A stretch of DNA of 24,000 nucleotides from an uncultured Candidatus Saccharibacteria bacterium (GTDB lineage: Bacteria > Patescibacteriota > Saccharimonadia > Saccharimonadales > SZUA-47). The DNA lies in NCBI GenBank assembly GCA_964351635.1, contig CAYGOR010000001.1, forward strand, positions 9,086 to 33,085, in the 5' to 3' direction. Both the position numbers and the translations under genes were made by a program. Below are positions 7,701-16,200 of this stretch, piece after piece; within the stretch, counting starts at the first letter, position 1; every line of letters starts with the position of its first letter. Below the pieces are notes generated by a model. That model was given only the letters and a program-made list of their open reading frames with translations. It was not told where the DNA came from and searched no databases.

Positions 7701-7853
7701 GATGGAAGGGTTAAGATGACAAAATCTCAATTGCCTGATGACTCAGAAGCATTTGCTAAAGGCTTCGAATCAGTTAATCCGCGCGCAGCTTTAGGGCTTT
7801 CAACTGAAGACCAGATACGGATGAGGGAAGAGCAAGAAAATAATAATCAGTAG
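4794..7853 (+). CDS. VirB6/TrbL-like polytopic membrane protein with an N-terminal ectodomain and a long hydrophilic C-terminal tail
   Basis: Signal/anchor LLLTTGLFFALLSAPSIVHA, then a ~300-aa ectodomain (4 Cys). About 8 hydrophobic helices span aa ~333-575 (e.g. YLLVFALTLVIIFALLAMRELLIIALLILGPLAILSWIF). An A/K/E/Q-rich tail follows from aa 580 (nt 6531) to the end. Confidence 0.65.
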   Translation: MHLMSSFRKSLRPISLLLTTGLFFALLSAPSIVHAFSQSSSFNSAAVFTIESLSFTATDVSNHVIHNDNLEKLTGEGTLDAGLASLNQRLSDAMPIVLVDTDITDPTPDLEAPGLGNGCDGGQTIKLERKNGDEWLLTDLHVGANGNCVDLLQDKNIKFYDSSPAEANIAFAFIDSETISMVDSVGSSSYGLFQQNDPAFPNTFYSEREGQSIEVLNPGTGGTSSLQLSAGLTLDFSDSSVGSDPKVALLSSTGEPTAIVGSVGGPNGGATAGNVDSARTCDSEGGEFSFLLCPILRGINEGIEQLDQEIVQSLEVKDDYYESDRTRAIWGRIRDIAYILLIPILLIMVISTALGFQFVDAYTVKRAMPRLLAAVIFMALSYDIGVLLIEISNGVGAGIGGIIAAPFGGVDNLQLQDIFEVSGENDVTALFIGGPLAAIGALTALSAGILGSYLLVFALTLVIIFALLAMRELLIIALLILGPLAILSWIFPGNDKLWKLWWGSFSKLVMIYPIIVGMIVTGRAFAALVNESVASVPTGPIEGMFFVIVKLTAYIGPYFFILALFKFAGGAFSNLAGMVNDRGKGVFDRQKKYRSEKRGQLRKDTLAGNRFKGARKGSIGDRINKRGLNAGARIDAVKAGGVKNAYGVGARGAVEAAKERKARDEAKHAAENLQLQAELKNDDFATMLQMIMAGEDEQTVKDYLRSKDYSAPSVEKSYAQADAFQREYGSHALAGMTVTAKAASKTSYTGGISEMLEDIKALADNDEALAMKMLGEASAAAAAAGRNDLGGGSYGEKAGMLKSLMRGGSSVEYTDEQGETGTVSYQSAQYVNDRQNQKVLDSLTTYDMARLHPTAAKNISQSYQTMTTNAAAAVQSAKTPEEREAAMRALGQVTASFQKFKMDAATSGSSEVARVVANASNEEFKDISLEIDGQRIQTTDQLVEYAQQASQASQPRPSRDAEGRIEYEVDGRVKMTKSQLPDDSEAFAKGFESVNPRAALGLSTEDQIRMREEQENNNQ

Positions 7854-7867
7854 CAGTTCGTGATAGG

Positions 7868-7896
7868 TTGCATTTTCATTGTAATTATGCTAATAT
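7868..7896 (+). promoter_or_regulatory. Candidate internal promoter TTGCAT (7868-7873), 17-nt spacer, TGc-TAATAT (7888-7896), predicting a leaderless transcript starting at ATG 7903
   Basis: Hexamers and spacer read directly. Only 6 nt separate the -10 from the ATG, and there is no SD. Confidence 0.45.
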
Positions 7897-7902
7897 ATCT
7901 CT

Positions 7903-9300
7903 ATGGAACGCCCTAGCTTTCACCGTTCAGAGCATATGCTATCGACAAAAGAACACCTGTCGCGAACTCAGCATAGCCCTCACTCACTTGAAAACCATCC
8001 CTCCAACAATACTGACCTTGATGAACCGGGGGTAAATCCGAATCAAACCCCGATTGTCTCAAGCCTAGATGTCAGAGACGAGGAGGGTAATCTAGTATTC
8101 AGAACTAATGATCATGATCCTCGAAACAGGCCTGATGATCCCACTGGTGGGTCGCCGGACGCTATAGACTCAGGTAACAAGCCAAACTCACACACAAAAG
8201 CTTGGGGCGGACATAGTGAATCTGATGCGATTGTTCAAGATATGTTTACGAAGCTTGCGCCCGCAAGCTCAGCAGTTCCATCAAGGTTTAAATACAGTAA
8301 AGATACCTCAGCTAGCGACGGTGAGCAAGTCGCTAGATTTATTAATGAATACATCGAAAACTCTGGCGTTGGTCGTCTAGCTTTAACTGACGTGCAAGTT
8401 AGTGCTCTAGCAAGGTCAATTGATAGGGCACCAGCTATTAGTGAGCGGGGGCAACCCAGAAGAATCAAGCGATTAAGACGCGCTTTAAGCAATAGCGCTG
8501 GATCTGCCCATCAGGCATATAATGACAAGAAACTTGGATCAACTCCTGGAACCTTGAGAAATCCTGCATCAGACAGTCCCATTACTGTCGGGGTACAGAG
8601 AAATGCATATATCGCTCCAATATCTCGTCGACAGCTAAAGAAGAGGTTGAAAGCATCGTGGGCGGAATATGACCGCAGAGTAGCCCAGGTCGAAGCAAGT
8701 AAACTCTCTGGAAATTCCCGACCAGCTGACCCCGAAGGCAGCACAATTGGCCCAGCAAGCAGAGGACGTAAAAGGACCGCAAAATCTATCAATTATTACA
8801 AACACCATGAACATGTTGCGGCAGATGAAGTTGCGAAGCATACCTACGGTGTGGTCGACTTAGCCAAATATATTCCTTTCTACAGTGGACACATCAAGGC
8901 CGCATCACCTCTAAGCAATGTTAGAGGACTCCGAAAGTCAGCTCTTAGACTTGTGAAGGATGATGAAAAGAAAATGGAAAAGATGGAAAAACAAGCAGAC
9001 ATAGTAAATGAAATGATTAGAAAAGACGCATTCAGCCGTTACTTAATAGCCAAAAGTGAGGGTCGCTCAGACTCCGAAATCCGGGCACTTGAAGGCAAAC
9101 TAGGCATAATGCGTAACCTGCGCGACTACGAATTACCGCGCGCAGAAACAAGACGTGAAAAACGTCTAGCTAGACGGGTTGAAAAACGCCCTGGCAAAAT
9201 TCCTAGGGCGGTATCATCAGACAGAGTACGACGGAGACGCCTACGTAAGAAGAAAATAGCCGAGGGTGAAATTCACGTATTAAATGGTTCTGACACTTAG
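7903..9300 (+). CDS. Hypothetical protein: hydrophilic, strongly basic, apparently low-complexity, with no TM segment and no recognised domain
   Basis: A 465-aa ORF in operon context. It has R/K-rich tracts (RRIKRLRRAL, RRQLKKRLKAS, RRVEKRPGKIPRAVSSDRVRRRRLRKKKIAEGE) and an S/P/N/D-rich N-terminal third. Confidence 0.6.
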   Translation: MERPSFHRSEHMLSTKEHLSRTQHSPHSLENHPSNNTDLDEPGVNPNQTPIVSSLDVRDEEGNLVFRTNDHDPRNRPDDPTGGSPDAIDSGNKPNSHTKAWGGHSESDAIVQDMFTKLAPASSAVPSRFKYSKDTSASDGEQVARFINEYIENSGVGRLALTDVQVSALARSIDRAPAISERGQPRRIKRLRRALSNSAGSAHQAYNDKKLGSTPGTLRNPASDSPITVGVQRNAYIAPISRRQLKKRLKASWAEYDRRVAQVEASKLSGNSRPADPEGSTIGPASRGRKRTAKSINYYKHHEHVAADEVAKHTYGVVDLAKYIPFYSGHIKAASPLSNVRGLRKSALRLVKDDEKKMEKMEKQADIVNEMIRKDAFSRYLIAKSEGRSDSEIRALEGKLGIMRNLRDYELPRAETRREKRLARRVEKRPGKIPRAVSSDRVRRRRLRKKKIAEGEIHVLNGSDT

Positions 9301-9392
9301 CTCTTAAATCTAGTACCGTCATTTCCCAGGGGCTAAACTTAAGCCTCATAAACTTTTGAAGTTTTTAACTGTAAGTTATACTTATGGTTATC

Positions 9393-10466
9393 ATGGCGCA
9401 GTATAAAGTACCCCAAGACGTTGAGGCTGAGGATAAATTTCTCGGTCCGCTGACTTTTAAGCAGTTCTTATTTGGCGGCGCGACTGCAATTACAGGCTAT
9501 ATATCGTTCCTGATTCTTACCAGCCCAGTGCCATTTTTAGCTGTTATATTCTTACCGTTTTTCATAGTGTCGCTTGTCTTCACGATCCCATGGTCAAAGG
9601 ACCAGCCAACAGATATCTTTATAGCGTCACGCATAAGGTTTTTGCTCATGAAGCGCAAGCGTTTGTGGGATCAATCGGGATTAAAAGACCTGGTCACAAT
9701 AACTGTTCCGAAAAGGGAAGTTCACTATTATAGCGATGGCCTGTCGCAGGACGAGGTCCGTAGTCGTTTCACCGCTTTATCAAATGTGGTCGATTCTAGG
9801 GGATGGGCTGTAAAAAATGCTACGCGTCCAACGGAGGACTCAGACCGATTAGTAGCTCCGGCTGCGCCGCAGAAAAGTCCAGAGGAAGTTGTAGCCAAAC
9901 GAACACCGGACATGCTCGAAGAACGATCTGATCAAGTCGATCAAATGATAAAAAAGTCAGAGAATAATCACCGTAAAGAGACGCTAGATCTATTAGCAAG
10001 TGCGCGCAAAACTAGCTCCGACTCAAGCAGTCAGGCCTCCAAGATATCCAATAAGCCAGACACTCTGACCGGCAGCATCTCTTTACCTCAAGTCAGCCCA
10101 CAACATGCGTCCATGAAACCTAAAGCGCAAAAGACTAACAGTAAACCACTTACGGCAGAGGACGAGAAAAAGTTACTAGATGAGCTTCATAAGAAACAAG
10201 CTATTGAAAAGTCATTGCGCAACAATAGCCATGAAAAACGCATCCTCACCAGTGCAGAAAAACGAGCTGCAACCAAAAAAGAGGCTCAGGAACAGAGTGA
10301 GGCAAGGCAGCTCAAAGAAGACGCTCAAAATGCTAGTGCTACCCCAGTAAACCCTGGTATACTTAACTTAAGTCAAAACGATGATCGCTCTGTCGCGTCG
10401 CTTGCGCGTGAAGTGAATAATCAAAAACCTGATGACGATGGTGAGGTGGTCATATCACTCCATTAA
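9393..10466 (+). CDS. PrgI/VirB3-like small-membrane-protein module fused to a ~270-aa hydrophilic tail
   Basis: N-terminus MAQYKVPQDVEAEDKFLGPLTFKQFLFGG followed by two TM helices (ATAITGYISFLILTSPVPFLAVIFLPFFIVSLVFTI). This matches the PrgI-family pattern as I recall it. An alternative start is ATG 9384. TATACT at 9377-9382 favours 9393. Confidence 0.65.
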   Translation: MAQYKVPQDVEAEDKFLGPLTFKQFLFGGATAITGYISFLILTSPVPFLAVIFLPFFIVSLVFTIPWSKDQPTDIFIASRIRFLLMKRKRLWDQSGLKDLVTITVPKREVHYYSDGLSQDEVRSRFTALSNVVDSRGWAVKNATRPTEDSDRLVAPAAPQKSPEEVVAKRTPDMLEERSDQVDQMIKKSENNHRKETLDLLASARKTSSDSSSQASKISNKPDTLTGSISLPQVSPQHASMKPKAQKTNSKPLTAEDEKKLLDELHKKQAIEKSLRNNSHEKRILTSAEKRAATKKEAQEQSEARQLKEDAQNASATPVNPGILNLSQNDDRSVASLAREVNNQKPDDDGEVVISLH

Positions 10467-10502
10467 ATCTAATTCTAGGGTGGGAAGCAGCATAACTAAC
10501 TC

Positions 10503-11303
10503 GTGAATCCGAACCAGCAGCCACAATCAGTTCAACCTCAAGTGACAGCTCCGCAAGCAGGGCCACCACCGCCACGCCCTCAGGCAAACCCTACTAGCAC
10601 CCAAAATTCCCTAGAGATTGCTGAGATTCGCGACGGCATCGTCATAATGAACGACGGCTCTTTCCGCGCCGTGCTTATGTGCCAAAGCATAAACTTTGAC
10701 CTCATGAGTCCAAATGAAAGAGAAGCTGTTGAATTTTCTTATCAGGGTTTTTTAAACTCTTTGTATTTTCCGATACAAGTGTTTGTCCGCTCTCAGAAAA
10801 TTGATATTCGTCCCTACATAGAAAAGCTGGACAAAATTAGAACCGAACACGACAACATGCTGCTAGCACTGCTGATGGAAGACTATATCAACTACATGGA
10901 AGTTATTGCCCAGCAGACCAATATCATGGACAAGAAATTCTACGTTGTCATCCCATTTGAACCGAAGATTGATGCCCAAAAAGTAGTTCAAGCCTCGCGC
11001 GGCTTTTTCCAGACAATATTCGGCAAAAAAGAAGAAAAAGTCGTTATAAACGAAGCTGACCTGGAAAGGGCAAAAACCGAGTTAAAAAACCGTATCCAAG
11101 CGACCATGAATGGCCTGCTGCAATGCCAAGTGAAGTCTCTACCGCTAGATACTCAAGAACTAATAGAGCTTTACTATGACGCTTACAACCCCGACACTGC
11201 TACTCGCCAGCAGCTCAAAAACTTTAGTGATCTTACCGCCCCTATCGTCTCTAAAGGGCAAGGACAAGCGGCCAATCCAAACCTAGAAAGGGAAATGAAC
11301 TAA
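10503..11303 (+). CDS. VirB4 N-terminal-domain-like protein (apparently the detached first segment of a Gram-positive-type VirB4)
   Basis: GTG start, which is the first possible start after an in-frame TAA. A P/Q-rich N-terminus is followed by IAEIRDGIVIMNDGSFRAVLMCQSINFDLMSPNEREAVEFSYQGFLNSL..PIQVFV. This resembles the extreme N-terminus of Tn916 Orf16/PrgJ-type VirB4 proteins. Its stop overlaps the next ATG (TAATG). Confidence 0.6.
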   Translation: MNPNQQPQSVQPQVTAPQAGPPPPRPQANPTSTQNSLEIAEIRDGIVIMNDGSFRAVLMCQSINFDLMSPNEREAVEFSYQGFLNSLYFPIQVFVRSQKIDIRPYIEKLDKIRTEHDNMLLALLMEDYINYMEVIAQQTNIMDKKFYVVIPFEPKIDAQKVVQASRGFFQTIFGKKEEKVVINEADLERAKTELKNRIQATMNGLLQCQVKSLPLDTQELIELYYDAYNPDTATRQQLKNFSDLTAPIVSKGQGQAANPNLEREMN

Positions 11304-13222
11304 TGGGACTATTTGGCGGGAAAAACAACATACCTGATCCTATCGCTCAGGCTCAAGCGCAGTCTGCTCAAGAGCAGGCTGAAGTGCAAAACGCCTTCCA
11401 AAAAGGCATCACAGCTCTTCGCGACTTTATCGCGCCAGCGTCCTTGGAGTTCGAGAGCAGCCAATTCAAAATCGGCACTCGCATCGGAAGAACCTACTAC
11501 GTTTTTGGCTATCCTAGGCAAATCTACACTGGATGGCTATCAAGCATGGTTAACCTCGATGAGGTAATAGATTTGTCATTATTCGTTTATCCTGTTGAAA
11601 GCCAGGTCGTGTTAGAAAATCTAAAGAAAAAAGTTGGTCAACTGGAAGCAGGACTACAAATTGACGCTGAAAAGGGCCGCGCACGTGACCCAGGAAAGCA
11701 AGCAGCGATTCAAGATGCCGAAGAGCTGCGTGACAAACTTCAAGTCGGCGAAGAGCGCTTCTTTAGATTTGGATTTTACTTCACTGTCTATGCAAACGAC
11801 CCTGATGAAATGGAGTTTGTGTCTCACAAGGTTGAGAGTGTGCTCGCGCAGCAACTGGTCTACAGTAAGCCTGCCAGTGCACAGCAAGAACAAGGCCTCA
11901 ACTCGACCCTGCCACAGTTCACGGACCAGCTCCAAATTCGCCGCAACATGAATACAGGTGCAGTTTCTACCAGCTTCCCATTCACAAGTGCTGACCTCAC
12001 CCAGGATGATGGCGTGCTCTACGGAGTCAATATGCATAACTCTGGCCTGGTTATATTTGATCGATTTTCTTTAGAGAACGGCAACAGCGTTGTGTTCGCT
12101 AAATCAGGTGCTGGTAAAAGTTTCACAGTCAAACTCGAGGCGCTGCGCAGCATGATGTTTGGCACTGAAGTATTTATAATCGACCCAGAAAACGAGTACG
12201 AAAGACTGGCCGATGCAGTCGGTGGAGCCTATGTCCGCTTAAGCCTAAACAGCTCAACCCGTATTAACCCTTTTGATTTGCCAAGAGTTATCGAGGAAGA
12301 AGAGGGCGACAACGCCCTAAGAAGCAATCTAATAACCCTCCACGGACTATTAAGATTGATGATGGGCGGAGCGCAAGCCCAAATGGCCAACCAGGGTGGT
12401 CAAGTCGTAATGCCGGCCCTTAGCCCGGTCGAGGAATCGGATTTGGACGCAGCTCTGATAGAGACGTACTCTAAAGCTGGCATCACCAACGACCCTTTGA
12501 CTCACAATACGCCAGCCCCAACGATAAATGATCTCTACGACACACTCTTGCACATGGGCGGAACAGGGCCTGAACTAGCGCAAAGGCTGAGGAAATACAC
12601 GACAGGGACATTCGCCGGTATCTTCTCGCAGCAAAGCAACATCAATATCGACAACCCAATGGTTGTCTTCAACGTACGTGACCTGGAAGACGAACTGAGG
12701 CCAGTTGCGATGTATATCGTTTTGAATTATATCTGGAATAAAACTAAAACTGACCGAAAAAAGCGCATGTTAGTCGTCGATGAAGCTTGGCAGCTAATGA
12801 AGTATGAGGACTCAGCCAACTTCTTGTTCTCACTTGCGAAGCGGGCCAGAAAGTATAACCTTGGCATTACAACCATTACGCAAGATGTTGAGGACTTTAT
12901 GGACTCTAAAATGGGCAGGGCGATTGTAGCAAATGCCAGTATGCAGATACTGCTCAAGCAATCTGCTTCAGCCGTAGACGTGCTGGCTAATACATTTAAG
13001 CTAACCAGTGAAGAAAAGAAGCGCTTGAGTCAGTTCCCGGTCGGGCAGGGCCTATTCTTTGCGGGTGAAAATCATGTACACATACAGATTACTGCCTCGC
13101 CGACTGAAACCTCTCTCATTACTACGAACCCGGAAGAGGTTCAGCAACTAGAACAGCAACGCCAGCAACAGCAGGTGAATCTTGACCAATCGGGGTATAA
13201 TGAGTCGGTAAATCTGAGATGA
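11303..13222 (+). CDS. virB4: VirB4/TraE-family T4SS ATPase
   Basis: Motif LRDFIAPASLEF....FKIG....RTYYV.GYPR, Walker A SGAGKS (12104-12121, Lys272) and Walker B MLVVDEAW (Asp493/Glu494 at 12779-12784). Also ITTITQD and a Q-rich C-terminus. Confidence 0.85.
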   Translation: MGLFGGKNNIPDPIAQAQAQSAQEQAEVQNAFQKGITALRDFIAPASLEFESSQFKIGTRIGRTYYVFGYPRQIYTGWLSSMVNLDEVIDLSLFVYPVESQVVLENLKKKVGQLEAGLQIDAEKGRARDPGKQAAIQDAEELRDKLQVGEERFFRFGFYFTVYANDPDEMEFVSHKVESVLAQQLVYSKPASAQQEQGLNSTLPQFTDQLQIRRNMNTGAVSTSFPFTSADLTQDDGVLYGVNMHNSGLVIFDRFSLENGNSVVFAKSGAGKSFTVKLEALRSMMFGTEVFIIDPENEYERLADAVGGAYVRLSLNSSTRINPFDLPRVIEEEEGDNALRSNLITLHGLLRLMMGGAQAQMANQGGQVVMPALSPVEESDLDAALIETYSKAGITNDPLTHNTPAPTINDLYDTLLHMGGTGPELAQRLRKYTTGTFAGIFSQQSNINIDNPMVVFNVRDLEDELRPVAMYIVLNYIWNKTKTDRKKRMLVVDEAWQLMKYEDSANFLFSLAKRARKYNLGITTITQDVEDFMDSKMGRAIVANASMQILLKQSASAVDVLANTFKLTSEEKKRLSQFPVGQGLFFAGENHVHIQITASPTETSLITTNPEEVQQLEQQRQQQQVNLDQSGYNESVNLR

Positions 13223-13265
13223 TACTTAACCTAAACAAACACTAAACCATCGAGGGCGCAACAAG

Positions 13266-16200
13266 ATGGCAGAACCAGCAAGAAATTTAGCCGATGATGA
13301 GGGCGACAAAAGCCCTAAAAAAATCAAGGCTACCCTAAAGATAGTCCAGGGCGAAGGTAAGGGCGATGGAATTCCGGCTGGAAAGCTTTCGGCTGCGAAA
13401 GGACCAAGGCGCCGAAGACCGGCGAAAAAACCAGCTGGCGGATCTGGGTCTCGACCACGTCACTTATCTGTAGTGCCCGATGCGCCCGATGATTCAACTG
13501 GCAGTTCGGTAGGAAACGGGGGCCAAGCACCAGTTTTTGCCCCGCCGAACGCTAGTGATCGTATTGCTGACGGGAATATTGACGATGACGGCAATCCTAC
13601 CTTAGAGGATGAGGACTCAAAAGACGCCTCAGACAGCGAAGAAGCTAAGGAAAATTCAAATTCAGAGGCGCCTGATTCGTCGAACAGCGCCAATGAGATT
13701 CCCTTTAAAGAAAATGACGCCACACCAGAAGACGGGCAGGATAAAAGTGGTGTCAGCGACGATGAGTTAAACAAGTTTGGTTTCGCTAATGATCCCGATA
13801 AAGGCTCATGGGCAAATGCAACTGATCAAGCCAAGCGCAACGCCCAAATCAAAAAAAATAACAGCAAGAAAAAGAAGGGTATATATGCGCTAGTCGGAGG
13901 CATCGGCGTCACATTGGCGGTGGTAGGAGCGTTTCTAGCGATACCGCAGCTTGCCATGAACAACGCGCTAGACAAACTAACTAGTCGATTCTCCGACCGC
14001 ATGAGCTACGCTGTTGAAAAACGATTTGATAAATATGTCGGCAAGTATGTGACTAAAAACGTAGCCCCAAGTCTAAAAGATGGCCGCTGCGGTAAAACGT
14101 TAACTGCGAGCTGCATTAAAGTCAATGAGTCTACGGGATTAGTTAGAACTGCGATAACGGGCTGGAATGATGCAAGGCTGGAAAGTCGGCTGGAAAAGAG
14201 TGCTGGCGTAACATTTCAGCGCAGAGCAGATACAAATGAAATAGACCTTGTTGGCAGAGACGGCAAAGTGCTCACATCTTTCGGTCAAAGAATATCCTCT
14301 CGTCAGCTAGAGGACCTTATCAGGAAAGAGACCAATTATGAAGGTGTACTAAAACGAAGACATTTGAGGTCAGTCGGGAGCAGATATGGTGTAAAGTGGT
14401 GCCTGAGCTTCGTGGTGAATGAAAAAATCTGTGGGGCCCGTAATAAAGCGGACGAGCTGAACACTCGATTCTCGGCCTTTAAACGTAGGCAATTACTTAT
14501 GATAGCAAGGGTCGCGGAGCCAATAAGCACCAGGGGAGGGGCTGTCCTTTTTTGCATGCTTCAGTCTTCCTGTGACATAGATAAAAACACAGGATTAGAA
14601 GATTCTCTTAAACTCTTGGGGAAAGCCGACGACGAAGCATTCAGGAAGATCGTGGACGAAATAGGAGATAAGAAAGTGTCTCAATATCTGGTAGATAAAA
14701 TCTTAGACATCACTATACGGCAAGCTTTACCTAAGGTCGCTACAGCCATTTCGTCTGCGGCAACAGGAGTTGGAGCCATCTATGGAGCGGCGATTATTCT
14801 AGACCTAATTGATAGATTTGACACTGCCATTGATTCAGGAGCTCTCAAGGCATTCATCCTAGACCGTAACGCGCAAGCAGCTATGCTTTTCATGTCCACT
14901 ATTGTGTCGGGCATAGAAGAAGCTCAGGATTTCAGCGTAGGCATGCCCGAAATTAGTGCTACTTTCCAGCAACTAACTGGATTCAACGTGAGTCGGTTCT
15001 ATCAGTCGCTCGCAAGCGGCGAGCCTACTAGTGAATTGAGTTGCAACGATGGGTATTTAATCCCTAAAGACTCCCCAGAGCTTGTGTGCCCAGAAAACAG
15101 CCTGCAGCCCGATGTACCTGTGGAGGAGTTTTTGTCAGGTCCAGAGTTCCAATTCGCTACAGACCATCTCCTAAAAGAATGGCGAACTTGCTATATATTT
15201 TCCCTTAAAGGAGGTTGTGCTGAGACCGTTGGCGATACTGCTAGAAGAGGGCTGAAGGCGGTTGATGGAGTTTTTGGGGCGGTAGGTGGGCTCATTAGCT
15301 TTGCTATAAACAAAATCCCTGGCGTGAGTAGCTTTACCGAGTATCTAGGAACTCATTTCGCAAGCGTTCTTAACACAGTAATAAACAAAGGATTACCAAT
15401 TAGTGTTGATGCAACTGCGGTTGGCTGGAGGGCTTTTGATCAGATGGCAGCAGCATTTGATTATTCGTACAACCAGTTGTTAGGTGGCTATCAGGATGAG
15501 CAGGGCCAGTTCCAAGGTTTTGGGGCCGGCGAGATATCAGAAGAAGATGCCGAAGAGCTAGACGTAGCTATAGCCGACTGGAGAGGGGAGAAACTGCAGA
15601 GTCAATCTGTTTTTGCTCGCTATTTAGACGTTACTAATCCAGACTCATTAGCCGCCACGTCTTTAACCAGAGTTTCATTTGCACTGCCTTTTGCCGGACA
15701 AGCGTCCCAGCTGCCTAGCCCTGTGAACTTTGCTTCGCTTTTTGGTGGCCTATTTGGTAACAAGGCAAGTGCGGCCATACCTAGTAATGTTTACAGTGAA
15801 TCTAATTTTGGAGTTACCCAGCATGCATTCACTGTAGAACAGCTTGAAACTGACCCAGAAGAGCTAACAGAAGAATTCTGCGCCGAAGAAAAAGCAGCTT
15901 TTGCAGAAGCCAGGGAAAACGATAAAGCGGCGACGAGCCTATGCATGCTAGATGAGGCAATGGTCGACATGGTAACAAAAGCCTTCAGCCCTGACCCGCC
16001 CGGAACGTCAATAAGTACATTGGTCGGGACTCAAAGCTCGTTCACAGGATTGGATGGCCCGACCATACCCTATAACCAGCACGAAACACCTACTACTGTT
16101 GTCAGGACTGGTAGATACGCTGACTGGTCTGGCTTGACTCCTACAGGAGTATTAGGCCAGAACAGCGCTGGACAACCAATTAACGTATACGTCAGAAACG

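Noticed and set aside
8941-9000. Short direct repeat AAAATGGAAAAGATGGAAAAAC (encodes KKMEKMEKQ)
   Set aside because: This is a codon-level repeat within a low-complexity coding region. It is too short to indicate a repeat element.
11309-12957. Alternative-frame and antisense ORFs within virB4 (11313-11567, 11634-11951, 11654-12037, 12350-12553, 12727-12957)
   Set aside because: They overlap a gene with unambiguous Walker A/B motifs, and none has independent support.
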